A stretch of DNA of 16,465 nucleotides, taken from the NCBI GenBank assembly GCA_040754455.1, contig JBFMCP010000048.1, forward strand, positions 1 to 16,465, in the 5' to 3' direction. Position numbers and translations under genes: made by a program. Shown piece by piece: positions 15,460-16,465 of the stretch. Below the pieces are notes generated by a model. That model was not told where the DNA came from. It did no database searches and worked only from the letters and a program-made list of their open reading frames with translations. Numbering within the stretch: the first letter of the stretch is position 1; each line of letters opens with the position of its first letter. The stretch comes from Nitrospirota bacterium (GTDB lineage: Bacteria; Nitrospirota; Thermodesulfovibrionia; Thermodesulfovibrionales; Dissulfurispiraceae).

Positions 15460-15475
15460 AGCAATTTTCGTACCA
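15460..15475 (-). promoter_or_regulatory. sigma-54 (-24/-12) promoter of the multiheme cytochrome
   Basis: Minus strand TGGTACGAAAATTGCT (GG-N10-GC). Confidence 0.75.
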
Positions 15476-15902
15476 TATAAATTCTAAATCAATGAACAAT
15501 ATATAAATTAACGAAGACTGAAAAATATTTTGTTTTCAATGTGGCCATTTCTGGTGGGAAAAAGAACAAACTGTCTCTGTGGTGAAATTACCGGAAGAAC
15601 ACCCCAAAAAAAGGTGAAATGACCAGATGTAAATACGTATATAGCACAATATCTATAAATTTTGGATTTAGATGTGCATCGGCATAGGCAATAAGACACC
15701 AGCGGTGATGCTTCAATGGTTTGATGAGGGGGAGTGGTGGAGGGGCCGCACAAAACAGCGGTCCCCCTCACGCTCGCAGTGAAATTATGGACAGAGAGTG
15801 CAAAATAAGCCTGTTCGGACGCTCCCGCATTGAAAATCTCTTTTAACTGATGGTGCCGCGCCGGCAGCGTACGGTATTATACGCCTGGACACGTTTGTGC
15901 GC

Positions 15903-16292
15903 TTAATATAATTCCCTCGCCATCTTGGTCTTCTCGAAGAGCTCCTGGGTCTCCTGGCAGTCCCTGCAGCGTACGGCAAAGGGCATGGCATGCAGGCGCT
16001 TCTCGTCGATCTCTTCGCCGCATTCGTCGCAGATGCCGTATTCGTTCTCTTTCAGTTTCAACAATGATTTCTCGATCTGGCGCAGCATTTCGTTTCTCAC
16101 CCGCAGCGCGCCGATGCTCACATCCTCTATTTGCAGTGAAACGGAGATATCACCGTCCTCGCTTCCCGATCCGTGGGATTTCCTGCTGTCGCCGTTGATG
16201 AAGGTCGCCATTCCTTTTTTCGAAGTGCTGAGCAATTCCTCTTTCTTGGTGAGGAGCATTGCCATTAATTTCGATTTTCTGATCTCATCCAT
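15903..16292 (-). CDS. DksA/TraR C4-type zinc finger protein
   Basis: Coiled coil with EDGDIS at the tip and YGICDECGEEI...RL.AMPFAVRCRDCQ. SD AGGAGA. Confidence 0.9.
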   Translation of the reverse strand: MDEIRKSKLMAMLLTKKEELLSTSKKGMATFINGDSRKSHGSGSEDGDISVSLQIEDVSIGALRVRNEMLRQIEKSLLKLKENEYGICDECGEEIDEKRLHAMPFAVRCRDCQETQELFEKTKMARELY

Positions 16293-16371
16293 GGGTCGTC
16301 TCCTGATGTGCTGTTGTAGGGGTTATGTCTGCGGATATGGGACAAAACGTATGAACCGGCTCTATTTCTAA

Positions 16372-16400
16372 ACTATACAGGCAAAAAAAAAGAGTGTCAA
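16372..16400 (-). promoter_or_regulatory. sigma-70 promoter of the dksA-like gene
   Basis: Minus strand TTGACA, 17-nt spacer, TATAGT. Confidence 0.6.
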
Positions 16401-16465
16401 ACAAAAATGTTAAGACTGAAACATTAGAGTAGTTTTTGCGACAAATGTCAAGGGAATAGTAGGCC

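Noticed and set aside
521..16371. Numerous antisense or alternate-frame ORFs in the track (e.g. 11042-11797, 8333-8956, 7454-8035, 4724-5221, 14643-15173)
   Set aside because: They are shadows of well-supported genes and have no recognisable motifs or RBS.

Overview
This is a bacterial window of moderate GC, gene-dense on the minus strand. Gene content (multiheme cytochromes, sigma-54 promoters, YeeE/DsrE, a B12 radical SAM enzyme, short-period intergenic repeats) suggests an anaerobe such as Nitrospirota/Thermodesulfovibrionia or a deltaproteobacterium (inference). Left part: 5' end of a sigma-54-driven exported protein, an M20 peptidase, a glycine-zipper lipoprotein, a class V PLP enzyme, a CHRD protein, an esterase pseudogene and a Gly-rich membrane protein. 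Centre, all on the minus strand: DsrE-like protein, a small protein, a GT-C/ArnT-like glycosyltransferase, a YeeE/YedE sulfur-oxyanion transporter, an FAD oxidoreductase, a B12 radical SAM enzyme and a small diheme cytochrome c. Right part: a small sigma-54-driven periplasmic protein, trmJ, a 10-heme OTR-like cytochrome and a DksA/TraR protein. The most notable observations are: (1) the sulfur-relay/GT-C/flavoenzyme/B12-radical SAM cluster; (2) the OTR-like decaheme cytochrome with a CX4CH site and a structured 5' leader enclosing a decoy Shine-Dalgarno; (3) three sigma-54 promoters, two with candidate enhancers; (4) candidate leaderless genes; (5) three inverted repeat elements around 5.3-5.9 kb. 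No tRNA, rRNA, CRISPR array or transposase was recognised.
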